40,811 nt of DNA, from positions 1 through 40,811 of the IMG/VR virus record IMGVR_UViG_3300045988_159006, one strand, 5' to 3'. How positions within the stretch are numbered: position 1 is the stretch's first letter; every line of letters starts with the position of its first letter. Below the pieces are notes generated by a model. It was given only the letters and a program-made list of their open reading frames with translations, made no database searches and had not been told where the DNA came from. Position numbers and translations under genes: made by a program. Of this stretch, positions 6,601 through 13,871 are shown in pieces. The stretch comes from a virus.

Positions 6601-7410
6601 ATGGACAACAAGATCACACCATTCACATTCAACGATATCGAGGTGCGGGTTATTACCCGCGGCGGTGTCCCTTGGTGGGTTGCCGCCGATGTGGCCCACG
6701 CACTGGGGTACCGTGACGCGGGCAGGATAACCCGGTACGTGCGAGACCATCAAAAGGGGTCACAAAAATTGTGTACCCTTGGCGGCTCACAAGAGCTGCA
6801 GGTCATCAATGAGGCTGGCCTATACATGGCTATCATGAAATCCCATTCCCCACATGCCGAGAAGTTTCAGGATTGGGTGACCGAAGAAGTTTTGCCGGCG
6901 ATTCGGTCGCATGGTGGTTATCTCACCCCGGAGGCGACAGCCCAAGCGCTGTCTGACCCGGATTTCATTATCCGCTTGGCCACGCAGTTGAAGGAGGAGC
7001 GGGCCCAGCGTTTGGAGTTGGAAACCCGGGTGGAAGAAGCCGCGCCCAAGGTGATTTTTGCTGATGCTGTGAGCGCATCGACCACCTCGATCCTGGTAGG
7101 GGATTTGGCGAAGATCCTCAAAGGCAACTGTATTGATATTGGTGCTAACCGGCTCTTCACCTGGCTGCGGGCCCATGGATACCTCACCTCCCGCCGTGGT
7201 GCTGATTGGAACAGCCCCACCCAGAAAGCCATGGAATTAGGTCTCTTCGAGATTAAAGAAACCGTCATCACCCACGCCGATGGGCATATCACGGTTAACA
7301 AAACGCCGAAAGTCACGGGTAAAGGCCAACAATATTTTGTTGCTCGTTTCCTTGACGGCCGGTTCGATATCAACGACACAGGCGTCACAGTGACGAAACA
7401 AGGAGTATAA
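6601..7410 (+). CDS. Bro-N / KilAC-domain phage antirepressor
   Basis: 269 aa. Bro-N motif FTFNDIEVRVITRGGVPWWVAADVAHALGY. C-terminal KilAC/ANT-like region ILVGDLAKIL...ANRLFTWLRAHGYL. Confidence 0.8.
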   Translation: MDNKITPFTFNDIEVRVITRGGVPWWVAADVAHALGYRDAGRITRYVRDHQKGSQKLCTLGGSQELQVINEAGLYMAIMKSHSPHAEKFQDWVTEEVLPAIRSHGGYLTPEATAQALSDPDFIIRLATQLKEERAQRLELETRVEEAAPKVIFADAVSASTTSILVGDLAKILKGNCIDIGANRLFTWLRAHGYLTSRRGADWNSPTQKAMELGLFEIKETVITHADGHITVNKTPKVTGKGQQYFVARFLDGRFDINDTGVTVTKQGV

Positions 7411-7414
7411 AGGA

Positions 7415-7591
7415 ATGACCACGAGCACCCCCACCTACGAATCCCGCCTAGCACTACGATCCCTCCGCAGGCACGCCGCAGGCAAAAAGACCGGGCGGGC
7501 TGGGGTACGGGCCATGGAAGCCCTTGGATACGTCACCGAGGACGGCACTATCACCCCGGCCGGCAACCACGCCCTACACGGCGAAAAATAG
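7415..7591 (+). CDS. Small hypothetical protein (58 aa, below ORF-track cutoff)
   Basis: ATG at 7415 preceded by aaggagtataaagga. The frame is open to TAG at 7589-7591 and fills the gap between flanking genes. Confidence 0.4.
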   Translation: MTTSTPTYESRLALRSLRRHAAGKKTGRAGVRAMEALGYVTEDGTITPAGNHALHGEK

Positions 7592-7600
7592 GCGGTACCT

Positions 7601-7843
7601 ATGATAAAGCACCCGGAAATCCGTGATGCCCTCTACGAAAATGAGAAAAACAAACTCCGGCTCGAAATGAAACGCGAACGCCTCCAGGCGGCTAACCGCT
7701 GCTGCGCGCTGGAAGCCACCGGATACCACCCGCACCAGCAAATACATATTTGCGCCAGGCGCAGCGGGCACCGCGGCGGCCACCACGACTACGACACCGG
7801 ATTCCACTGGAAATGGGACAAAGAAGAAGGAACAACGAAATGA
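7601..7843 (+). CDS. Hypothetical protein
   Basis: 80 aa. Its stop overlaps the next start (ATGA at 7840-7843). Confidence 0.5.
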   Translation: MIKHPEIRDALYENEKNKLRLEMKRERLQAANRCCALEATGYHPHQQIHICARRSGHRGGHHDYDTGFHWKWDKEEGTTK

Positions 7844-8274
7844 CACACCCCTCAATCCAGCAAATGCTAGACAACCTGAAGTATCTCCGGGAAGAAACAA
7901 CCCTCCTAGATGAGAAGGATGAAAAACACCTACGGGTGGTGTCCCGCTGGATAGATTTCCTGCTAGACGATACCGACTACCAAGAGATGCGAAACCAGCC
8001 TGAACTCCTAGACAAACCCGACGACTATGGGACGCTCGTGACGTTCCTTCCTGCCCTGCCAGGGATCGGAGAAGGATCAAAATACATTATCGAGATCAGC
8101 CATCAAGGACCCGACGATATCACCATCACCATCAGTGACGACTGCCAGTATGGCACCTGCAAAATCACGCAGAAAAACCTCTACCAGCTAGCCCGAATGG
8201 CGCTAGTCATCCTCCTACAGACGGAAAACCTTAAAACCAGAGAATGGAACAAAAATGAACGCCCCGGCAAATAG
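7840..8274 (+). CDS. Hypothetical protein, paralog A of a tandem pair
   Basis: ATG at 7840 in ORF 7750-8274. Shares ...H(Q/C)GPD(D/Y)I...IT(Q/R)..LY(Q/R)LA...L..L with the next gene. Confidence 0.55.
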   Translation: MTHPSIQQMLDNLKYLREETTLLDEKDEKHLRVVSRWIDFLLDDTDYQEMRNQPELLDKPDDYGTLVTFLPALPGIGEGSKYIIEISHQGPDDITITISDDCQYGTCKITQKNLYQLARMALVILLQTENLKTREWNKNERPGK

Positions 8275-8641
8275 CCTAGCGCCGATGCTGGAGGCCATCG
8301 GCCGGCTCAAAAAATACGCCCCCTCAGAGCCCTTGGACCGCCAAGACATCAACACGATCATTGATACAATCGAGGCTCTGACCGACAGCCCAACCTACCA
8401 GCCAACAGACAGCGTAGGATACGGCAGGCTCGACGAAGAAGGCTACAGGGACGGGCTCTTAGTGCTACAAAATGGCGCACTGCAGGGATTCGTGATGGTT
8501 GACCACTGCGGCCCTGACTATATCATCCTGAGGACGGAAACTAAGCGAGATGCCCACCACATCACCCGGGATCAGCTCTACCGGCTAGCCGCCGGTGTCC
8601 TCACGGTACTAGCACACGTCGATTACCCCGACCAAAAATAA
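8255..8641 (+). CDS. Hypothetical protein, paralog B of a tandem pair
   Basis: 128 aa. VDHCGPDYIILRTETKRDAHHITRDQLYRLAAGVLTVLAH aligns with ISHQGPDDITITISDDCQYGTCKITQKNLYQLARMALVILLQ of the preceding gene. Confidence 0.55.
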   Translation: MNAPANSLAPMLEAIGRLKKYAPSEPLDRQDINTIIDTIEALTDSPTYQPTDSVGYGRLDEEGYRDGLLVLQNGALQGFVMVDHCGPDYIILRTETKRDAHHITRDQLYRLAAGVLTVLAHVDYPDQK

Positions 8642-8676
8642 GTAGAACAAACTTTCCAATCTGCGGATTATTTTGC

Positions 8677-9111
8677 TTACCCTGCGTACAAAGGGTCATG
8701 TCGCCCAGCTAGCTCCGTAGCTTCGAGGAGCAACCGTTCTGATACCCCGGCGCGCCGGGCTTTGGTGATGGTGGCGCCAAGCTCGGTTTTGGCCTGTTCG
8801 TGTGCTTCTGTGGCTTGTTTGAGTGCCCTTGAGGTTTCTTGGAAGGCTACAAGGCTATCGCTTACTGCTGCTAAGTGCTTGTTTGATGCGGCGTCGAGTG
8901 TCAACAGTTCGACGGGAATGCCCAGTGTTTCGGCTATTTTCATCGCCTCCGCCAACCTCGGTTCCCGTTCTCCGGCTTCGATACGCCGAAGTACAGTCAT
9001 GTGCATTTTGAGCCCATTTGCTTCTAGTCGTCGTCGCATTTCTAGTTGCGACCAGCCGGCTTTTTGCCTGAATTGGGCGAGATTTTGCCCAAAAATGTTC
9101 GATTCCGCCAT
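8677..9111 (-). CDS. XRE-family HTH repressor-like protein with helical C-terminal domain
   Basis: HTH LAQFRQKAGWSQLEMRRRL...LRRIEAGEREP. The ATG at 9111 is preferred over the TTG at 9135 because a TTGAAC-17-TATGAT promoter ends 6 nt upstream of it. Confidence 0.7.
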   Translation of the reverse strand: MAESNIFGQNLAQFRQKAGWSQLEMRRRLEANGLKMHMTVLRRIEAGEREPRLAEAMKIAETLGIPVELLTLDAASNKHLAAVSDSLVAFQETSRALKQATEAHEQAKTELGATITKARRAGVSERLLLEATELAGRHDPLYAG

Positions 9112-9117
9112 GTGTAG

Positions 9118-9146
9118 ATCATATCGCCCGCACAATATGTGTTCAA
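9118..9146 (-). promoter_or_regulatory. Sigma-70/SigA-type promoter giving a leaderless mRNA for the XRE repressor
   Basis: On the minus strand: TTGAAC (9146-9141), 17-nt spacer, TATGAT (9123-9118), 6 nt, then ATG (9111). Confidence 0.55.
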
Positions 9147-9211
9147 CACCTTATGTGCTCAAGTATGTATTCAATATGAATTATGTAGTCACTTCAATAT
9201 GGGTGAATGCA

Positions 9212-9240
9212 TTGACACAAGATGTAATAATCTGTAAAAC
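9212..9240 (+). promoter_or_regulatory. Candidate rightward promoter for the replication module
   Basis: TTGACA (9212-9217), 17 nt, TAAAAC (9235-9240) in an AT-rich divergent region. The -10 element is imperfect. Confidence 0.35.
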
Positions 9241-9300
9241 TATTTAAGCGACCGAAATCCGCTAACCACAAACCAATAAACCCCCAGCTTCCAGCGTGTT

Positions 9301-9318
9301 GCTAGCAAAAGCTAGCAA
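9301..9318. repeat. Two GCTAGCAA repeats just upstream of the initiator-like gene
   Basis: gctagcaa at 9301 and 9311 (10-bp phasing), 28 nt before the ATG at 9346. Confidence 0.45.
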
Positions 9319-9345
9319 GCTGCCACCACCTAAAGGAGACCCATT

Positions 9346-10701
9346 ATGGCAACGAAAACCGCCACCGCCCCCAAAGATGACCGGCTTTTTATCCGTATCA
9401 CTCTCGATTTTTTCGATAGCGAAAAGGTGTTTCCACTATCGCCAGCCGCCAAGCTGGCCTTCATCGAGATGATCGCGTGGTCAGCCCGTCAGCATACTGA
9501 CGGGCGAATCAGGAAGCGGCTAGCACTTGCTAGGTGGACGCCAGGAGTTGTCGAAGAGTTGCTAGATAGTGATCCTGAACGCCCGCTACTAGCCGAGGGC
9601 GAAAACGATTATTTCATCCATGACTATGCGGAGCATCAGCAAACCACCGCCGATATCGAGGCGGTGCGTGAAGCCCGGCGCGCTGCTGGCCGTAAAGGTG
9701 GGCTTGCTAAAGCCGCAGCTCAAAAGGGTGTTTCTAGCAAAAAGGTAGCAAAAGCTAGCAAGCCGCTAGCAAAACCTGCCGAGAAAGAGAATGAGAAAGA
9801 GAACTATAAAAAGAAAGGGGAAAGAAAAACCCGCACCACGGTAGCAGCCCCCGTTGCGCTTTGCCCCGTGCCCGACGCCCCCTCCCCCTCTCCTCAAATT
9901 GAAATTGGGTTGGCCCCTGATGGGGTGGCGCCTGCTACCGCAGTCGGCCACCCTGCCGCATCGGAGTCTCAAGAGCCGAAGCCGGTGGGCGCCCCGCGGC
10001 CGGTGGTGGTTGATCCCCAGTCTGCGGTAGAGCCCGCGCCTGCTCTGGTTCTTGAGGATCCGTGGGCTGGGCTGCCCGACCTTGCCGGCCACCAAGCCAT
10101 CGACACGGATCGTGCTGATAGCCGGGTGCCGGCCTGTCTCAGCCTCACCAGTGAGAAAACCGCGACCGCGAAGGATCAGGCCGTGGTTGCTGCCGTCCGG
10201 GCGTACCAGGTGATCGGCACCCCTGCGGAGTGGTCGGCTCCTGACGACCCGCGGTGCCGGAAACACGCTTACCTGCCGCGGGAAGAAGTGCCGCCGTGTC
10301 GTAACTGCATGCGGGCCCGGCGGTGGTTTGAGCAGCGGGCTGCTGCGGAAAAACAAGCAAAGTTGGCTGCTATCCACGCCTGTCCTTTGTGCGATGAGCT
10401 TGGCTATGTAGCGGTCAAGAACGCCGCAGGTGAAACGACGGGTGTGGCGCACTGCGATCACACTGGCGAGCTGCCGAAACCGAAAGCAGAGACCCAGCCC
10501 CGCCCTGCTGGCCGGGGCATGCCCGCACACCTACGCAAGAAACTCGACAACATCCTGGGGCGTAAAACTGCCCAAGAAACCGCCCCAGAAGCCCCGCAGA
10601 AGCCCGAAACCCCCAACACCCATGCCGATACCCTAAACCATGATCCAAACCCGGCAGAAGAGCGCTCAGGTGAACTCGTAGCAGTGGGGGTTGCATCATG
10701 A
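9346..10701 (+). CDS. Putative replication initiator / replisome-organizer-like protein with Pro/Ala-rich linker and C-terminal Cys cluster
   Basis: 451 aa. The N-terminal region (FIRITLDFFDSEKV...AKLAFIEMIAWSARQHTDGRI) resembles DnaD/phage replisome-organizer N-domains. C-terminal CRKH..CRNC...CPLC...HCDH. Internal iteron-like repeats are present. Confidence 0.45.
   Translation: MATKTATAPKDDRLFIRITLDFFDSEKVFPLSPAAKLAFIEMIAWSARQHTDGRIRKRLALARWTPGVVEELLDSDPERPLLAEGENDYFIHDYAEHQQTTADIEAVREARRAAGRKGGLAKAAAQKGVSSKKVAKASKPLAKPAEKENEKENYKKKGERKTRTTVAAPVALCPVPDAPSPSPQIEIGLAPDGVAPATAVGHPAASESQEPKPVGAPRPVVVDPQSAVEPAPALVLEDPWAGLPDLAGHQAIDTDRADSRVPACLSLTSEKTATAKDQAVVAAVRAYQVIGTPAEWSAPDDPRCRKHAYLPREEVPPCRNCMRARRWFEQRAAAEKQAKLAAIHACPLCDELGYVAVKNAAGETTGVAHCDHTGELPKPKAETQPRPAGRGMPAHLRKKLDNILGRKTAQETAPEAPQKPETPNTHADTLNHDPNPAEERSGELVAVGVAS
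9733..9774. repeat. Four helically phased (T/G)(C/G)TAGCAA(A) repeats inside the initiator-like gene (candidate iterons / ori)
   Basis: TAGCAA starts at 9735, 9746, 9756 and 9767 (10-11 bp spacing). Same motif as upstream at 9301-9318. Confidence 0.45.
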
Positions 10702-11315
10702 GCCGCGACCCATTCTTCGACGCCATTCGGGAGCGGCTTCTACCTGACGCCACCAACACCGAAATCGAAAACCTGTTCGCAAGGTATTTGAGCGCCCAGC
10801 CCGAGCCTGCATTCATCGCCCACATTGCTGGTGACCCCAAACCCCAAGGATCTAAACGCTACGTGGGTGGCGGGCGCGTCATCGAAGACAACCCCGGCAC
10901 ACGGGCGTGGCGGCAATCCGCACAACTCCAACTCGCCACCTAACGCTACGTGGGTGGCGGGCGCGTCATCGAAGACAACCCCGGCACACGGGCGTGGCGG
11001 CAATCCGCACAACTCCAACTCGCCACCTACCGCAGCCGCCAACTGAAAGCCCCCATCGACGAAGCGGTACTGGTACAAGCGGTTTTCTTCCTACCCCGCC
11101 CTAAAAGCGTCCGCAGCGTGCTCCCCACATCTAAATCCTCATACGACCTCGACAAGCTATGCCGGGCACTAGGGGACGCCCTAGAAGGGGCAGGTGTGCT
11201 CAAAAACGACTCCCGAATCACCACATGGCACGCCCGTAAACGCTACGCCGAAGCTGACAGCAACGGGCCAGCTATTACCGGCGTGTTCCTACGAATCTAT
11301 AAGGAAAAACAATAA
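10698..11315 (+). pseudogene. rusA: RusA-family Holliday junction resolvase split by an in-frame 87-bp tandem duplication that creates a TAA at the junction
   Basis: The ORFs 10698-10943 and 10950-11315 are in the same frame. The joined sequence has RusA features (DPKPQGSKRY...; YDLDKLCRALGDALEGAGVLKNDSRIT). The stop at 10941-10943 is formed by the last t of copy 1 plus the first aa of copy 2. Confidence 0.7.
10855..11028 (+). repeat. Exact 87-bp tandem duplication (2 copies)
   Basis: 10855-10941 and 10942-11028 are identical (aacgctacgtgggtggcggg...ctcgccacct). The duplicated peptide is visible in several ORF-track frames. Confidence 0.95.
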
Positions 11316-11638
11316 TGTGTACGTTGTTAGACGAAAAAACCCGGCGCGCCCGTAAACCACACGAGTGCGATATGTGCGGGGCAACAATCAACCTTGGTGA
11401 GGAATACCGCTGGGAAAAATATGTAAACTGCGATGGCCTGTATGAGCTGAAAACCTGCCTAGCCTGCGACGTGGCCTTCTCCGAAGTATGGGACTACGTG
11501 CCTGACTGGTGGGATGGGGGTGTCACTTTCGAGGACTACCAAGAATGGGCGACCGACCCCGATTACGATGACACCCCCGCCAAGCAGGCCTGGCGTCAGC
11601 GTGCCGGCTACACCAGAGAAGACGAGACCTTCAAATGA
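11315..11638 (+). CDS. Cys-rich hypothetical protein (zinc-ribbon-like)
   Basis: 107 aa with HECDMCG...CLAC. Start and stop are coupled to the neighbouring genes. Confidence 0.55.
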   Translation: MCTLLDEKTRRARKPHECDMCGATINLGEEYRWEKYVNCDGLYELKTCLACDVAFSEVWDYVPDWWDGGVTFEDYQEWATDPDYDDTPAKQAWRQRAGYTREDETFK

Positions 11639-12129
11639 TCCTCGATGTTACTTGCGGTGCCAGGCTCATGTGGCACAACAAACACCACCCCGATGTGATC
11701 TACGCCGACCAGCGGACGACGCAACACCAGCTATCAGATGGCCGGGAAATCACCATCAACCCGAACATTCGGCTCGACTACCGCGCCCTGCCCTTCCGTG
11801 ACAACACATTCCACCTCATCAACCTAGACCCACCCCACCTCCAGCGCGCCGGGGCGACTGGGTGGATGTGCCAGAAGTATGGGGTTCTCATGACCACGTG
11901 GAGGGAAGACCTGCGCCAGTGCTTCGTTGAGTGTTTCCGGGTGCTTGCCCCGGGCGGCACGCTCACCCTCAAGTGGAATCAAGTCCACATCCCGCTACGG
12001 GAGGTACTGGAGCTAGCCCCATACCCGCCCCTGTATGGCACCCGCCACGGCAAAAACAATGCTACGTCTTTTACGGTTTTCCATAAACCAATGGGATCAG
12101 GAGGTTTTCGAGTTGAACCCCAGCCCTGA
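11635..12129 (+). CDS. Small SAM-dependent DNA methyltransferase (DPPH motif IV)
   Basis: 164 aa. ILDVTCGARLMW (motif I-like) and LINLDPPHL (D-P-P-H/Y catalytic motif of N6-A/N4-C methyltransferases). Confidence 0.65.
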   Translation: MILDVTCGARLMWHNKHHPDVIYADQRTTQHQLSDGREITINPNIRLDYRALPFRDNTFHLINLDPPHLQRAGATGWMCQKYGVLMTTWREDLRQCFVECFRVLAPGGTLTLKWNQVHIPLREVLELAPYPPLYGTRHGKNNATSFTVFHKPMGSGGFRVEPQP

Positions 12130-12574
12130 TCCTAAAGCCATCTGGCAAACTGTGCTTGCTACTGCCTACCAGGAGTACACCGCGGCGAAAAATAGTGACA
12201 GGTCGCATCGTGATGGAGTGGTGGTCACCCCCGTGGAAATCGTAGATTTTCAAGTCAGAGCGCTGAAAGACTCCCTTGCCGCCCAAGGCGCCACACTAGC
12301 TGACCCACGGGTAGAAATCCTCGACCCCTTCGGCGGCACCGGCATCTACTGCGCCAGAATAATGCAACTATCTGGGCTCACACCGGATGAACTCGACGAC
12401 CTCTATCACTACCGCCTACGGATGATCGAAATCGACCCTATCGCCTGCCAGATCGCTGATGCCAACCTCAAAACAGTCTTCGAAGAAGAAACAGGGCGAC
12501 CACCCCGCCGCAGCATTGTTATCTGCGCTAATACCTTTACGATCCCTACCGGAATGGAAAAACCCCATGTCTAA
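12035..12574 (+). CDS. N-terminal fragment of a large N6-adenine DNA methyltransferase-like protein (type ISP/IIG-like), lacking motif IV. Start uncertain.
   Basis: GVVVTPVEIVDFQVRAL and ILDPFGGTGIY (motif X/I region) are present. The ORF stops before any NPPY/DPPY motif. The first 95 nt overlap the preceding gene, and there is no good ATG or RBS after 12129. Confidence 0.45.
   Translation: MAPATAKTMLRLLRFSINQWDQEVFELNPSPDPKAIWQTVLATAYQEYTAAKNSDRSHRDGVVVTPVEIVDFQVRALKDSLAAQGATLADPRVEILDPFGGTGIYCARIMQLSGLTPDELDDLYHYRLRMIEIDPIACQIADANLKTVFEEETGRPPRRSIVICANTFTIPTGMEKPHV
12096..12124 (+). repeat. Third, degenerate copy of the 3129/3193 repeat core
   Basis: atcaggaggttttcgagttgaaccccagc versus atcaggggttttcggagttgaaccccagc. 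There is an exact 14-mer agttgaaccccagc plus flanking matches with two 1-nt indels. It lies at the overlap of the two methyltransferase ORFs. Confidence 0.55.
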
Positions 12575-12737
12575 AAGCAAACGAACTAAACGAACCGTAA
12601 TCTGCCTCCGCTGCCGAAATCTTAAACGCCACGAGTGCCGCGGCCTCTGTAAATGCTGCTATAACCATGTGCGAGAGCACCGCAGCGGTAACGACACGCT
12701 CGACAATTACCCGCTCTACGCAGACCAAGAAAAATAA
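12567..12737 (+). CDS. Small Cys-rich (zinc-finger-like) protein
   Basis: ATG at 12567 in ORF 12459-12737. 56 aa with CLRC....C..C.CC..H. Confidence 0.45.
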   Translation: MSKSKRTKRTVICLRCRNLKRHECRGLCKCCYNHVREHRSGNDTLDNYPLYADQEK

Positions 12738-12781
12738 TCCCCGCCATAAAATACCAACTAGGTGACACTTAAGGAGCCATC

Positions 12782-13354
12782 ATGAGTCTGTACGATCTTT
12801 ACCCGCCTGTGCCTGCAGAGTTAGAGCCGTACCGTGGATTGACTGTTGGTGCAGTGCCGATCGAGTTTAGGGGGTGTTTGGTGGGGCAGCCATGCATTGA
12901 AATATCTTCTGGCACTCCCGTTTTACTGTTAGAGAGAATTTCTCCATCATGGCGGGGAGTCGCAGTATTGGATCTAACAATTGATTGCGTCCGCTACGCA
13001 AAAGTAGCAGATTTAGCACTCGCCCTGGAGGAAGAATTACCAACATTCTTATCTGTCGAATCATTCTATCTGATCCATCATGCAAGTGAATATGAGGATC
13101 CTCTGGTATGTGGGAACTCGGATATCAGTTCTCTCTACGGGGTGCGACTGAATCTTATCCCGCAGAATGTCTGGGGCGACATGATAGGCGACTTCTGGTT
13201 TTTCGATCTCGACAGGCAGCGCAAGGTGCTCCTGATGGATTACAGAGGAGGTGGTTGCTTGGTAGAGGACCCGGATGCTGTGGCGAAATGGTGGGTGGGT
13301 GCGTGCCGGCTGATGCTCATGGTTGAACGAACCTCCGGCGAATTAATGTGGTAA
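12782..13354 (+). CDS. Hypothetical protein in a lower-GC island (weak resemblance to SUKH/SMI1-KNR4-type immunity folds)
   Basis: 190 aa. RBS aaggag 6 nt upstream. Visibly more AT-rich than the flanks. No confident motif. Confidence 0.55.
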   Translation: MSLYDLYPPVPAELEPYRGLTVGAVPIEFRGCLVGQPCIEISSGTPVLLLERISPSWRGVAVLDLTIDCVRYAKVADLALALEEELPTFLSVESFYLIHHASEYEDPLVCGNSDISSLYGVRLNLIPQNVWGDMIGDFWFFDLDRQRKVLLMDYRGGGCLVEDPDAVAKWWVGACRLMLMVERTSGELMW

Positions 13355-13393
13355 AGAACACATTCACATCGCCCTTAAAGCCTATACCCCCAC

Positions 13394-13422
13394 TTGAAGA
13401 ATGCAGCGTGACGCTGTATAAT
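13394..13422 (+). promoter_or_regulatory. Near-consensus promoter TTGAAG-17-TATAAT
   Basis: ttgaag 13394-13399, 17-nt spacer, tataat 13417-13422. Followed by a 5'-UTR hairpin gtaagcc-aaac-ggcttac and an RBS ggagg. Confidence 0.6.
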
Positions 13423-13481
13423 AAAGAGTGTAAGCCAAACGGCTTACAGAAAACTCAATAGTGGAGGGGAGGTGACCCCAG

Positions 13482-13616
13482 ATGACCGACAAGGTTAGCC
13501 TGGCTCTCTCGGCGATTGCCGTAGCCACCGGCATCCTGACCTACTTGCAAGGCAGGAAACCCGGAGGCAAGCACCGGAAGCGGAAACGCTACCGCCGCGG
13601 TAAGCGCCAACGGTAA
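13482..13616 (+). CDS. 44-aa single-TM peptide with strongly basic tail (MTDKVSLALSAIAVATGILTYLQGRKPGGKHRKRKRYRRGKRQR)
   Basis: ATG at 13482 after ggaggggagg. Framed by a consensus promoter and a 15-bp terminator hairpin. Below the ORF-track length cutoff. Confidence 0.5.
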   Translation: MTDKVSLALSAIAVATGILTYLQGRKPGGKHRKRKRYRRGKRQR

Positions 13617-13655
13617 CCCCCGGGTGAGCTAAAACGTACTTAGCTCACCCGGGGG
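13617..13655 (+). terminator. Perfect 15-bp stem hairpin directly after the 44-aa ORF
   Basis: cccccgggtgagcta-aaacgtact-tagctcacccggggg. There is no U-tract. Confidence 0.5.
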
Positions 13656-13702
13656 ACACCCCACCACTCTACCACGTGAATCCCCAGGAAGGAGGAAAGC
13701 CC

Positions 13703-13864
13703 ATGAAAGCGCGACCCATGTACATCGTATCGGTAGTTACATTTACCGCTGCGGTCGCCACCGCGCTATATAGCAAAAGCGTAAGCGTCGCCACCGCTGC
13801 GCTACTCGCCATTGCCGCTGTGATACTCGGATATCTCACCTGTACTGGCCGCTGGCGCCGCTAA
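13703..13864 (+). CDS. 53-aa two-TM small membrane protein
   Basis: ATG at 13703 after ggaaggagga. MKARPMYIVSVVTFTAAVATALY...VATAALLAIAAVILGYL. Confidence 0.55.
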   Translation: MKARPMYIVSVVTFTAAVATALYSKSVSVATAALLAIAAVILGYLTCTGRWRR

Positions 13865-13871
13865 CCAGCAA

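Noticed and set aside
9766-10530. 254-aa minus-strand ORF inside the initiator-like gene
   Set aside because: Arg/Gly/Pro-rich antisense frame. The plus-strand gene has an RBS, an N-terminal domain and a Cys cluster.
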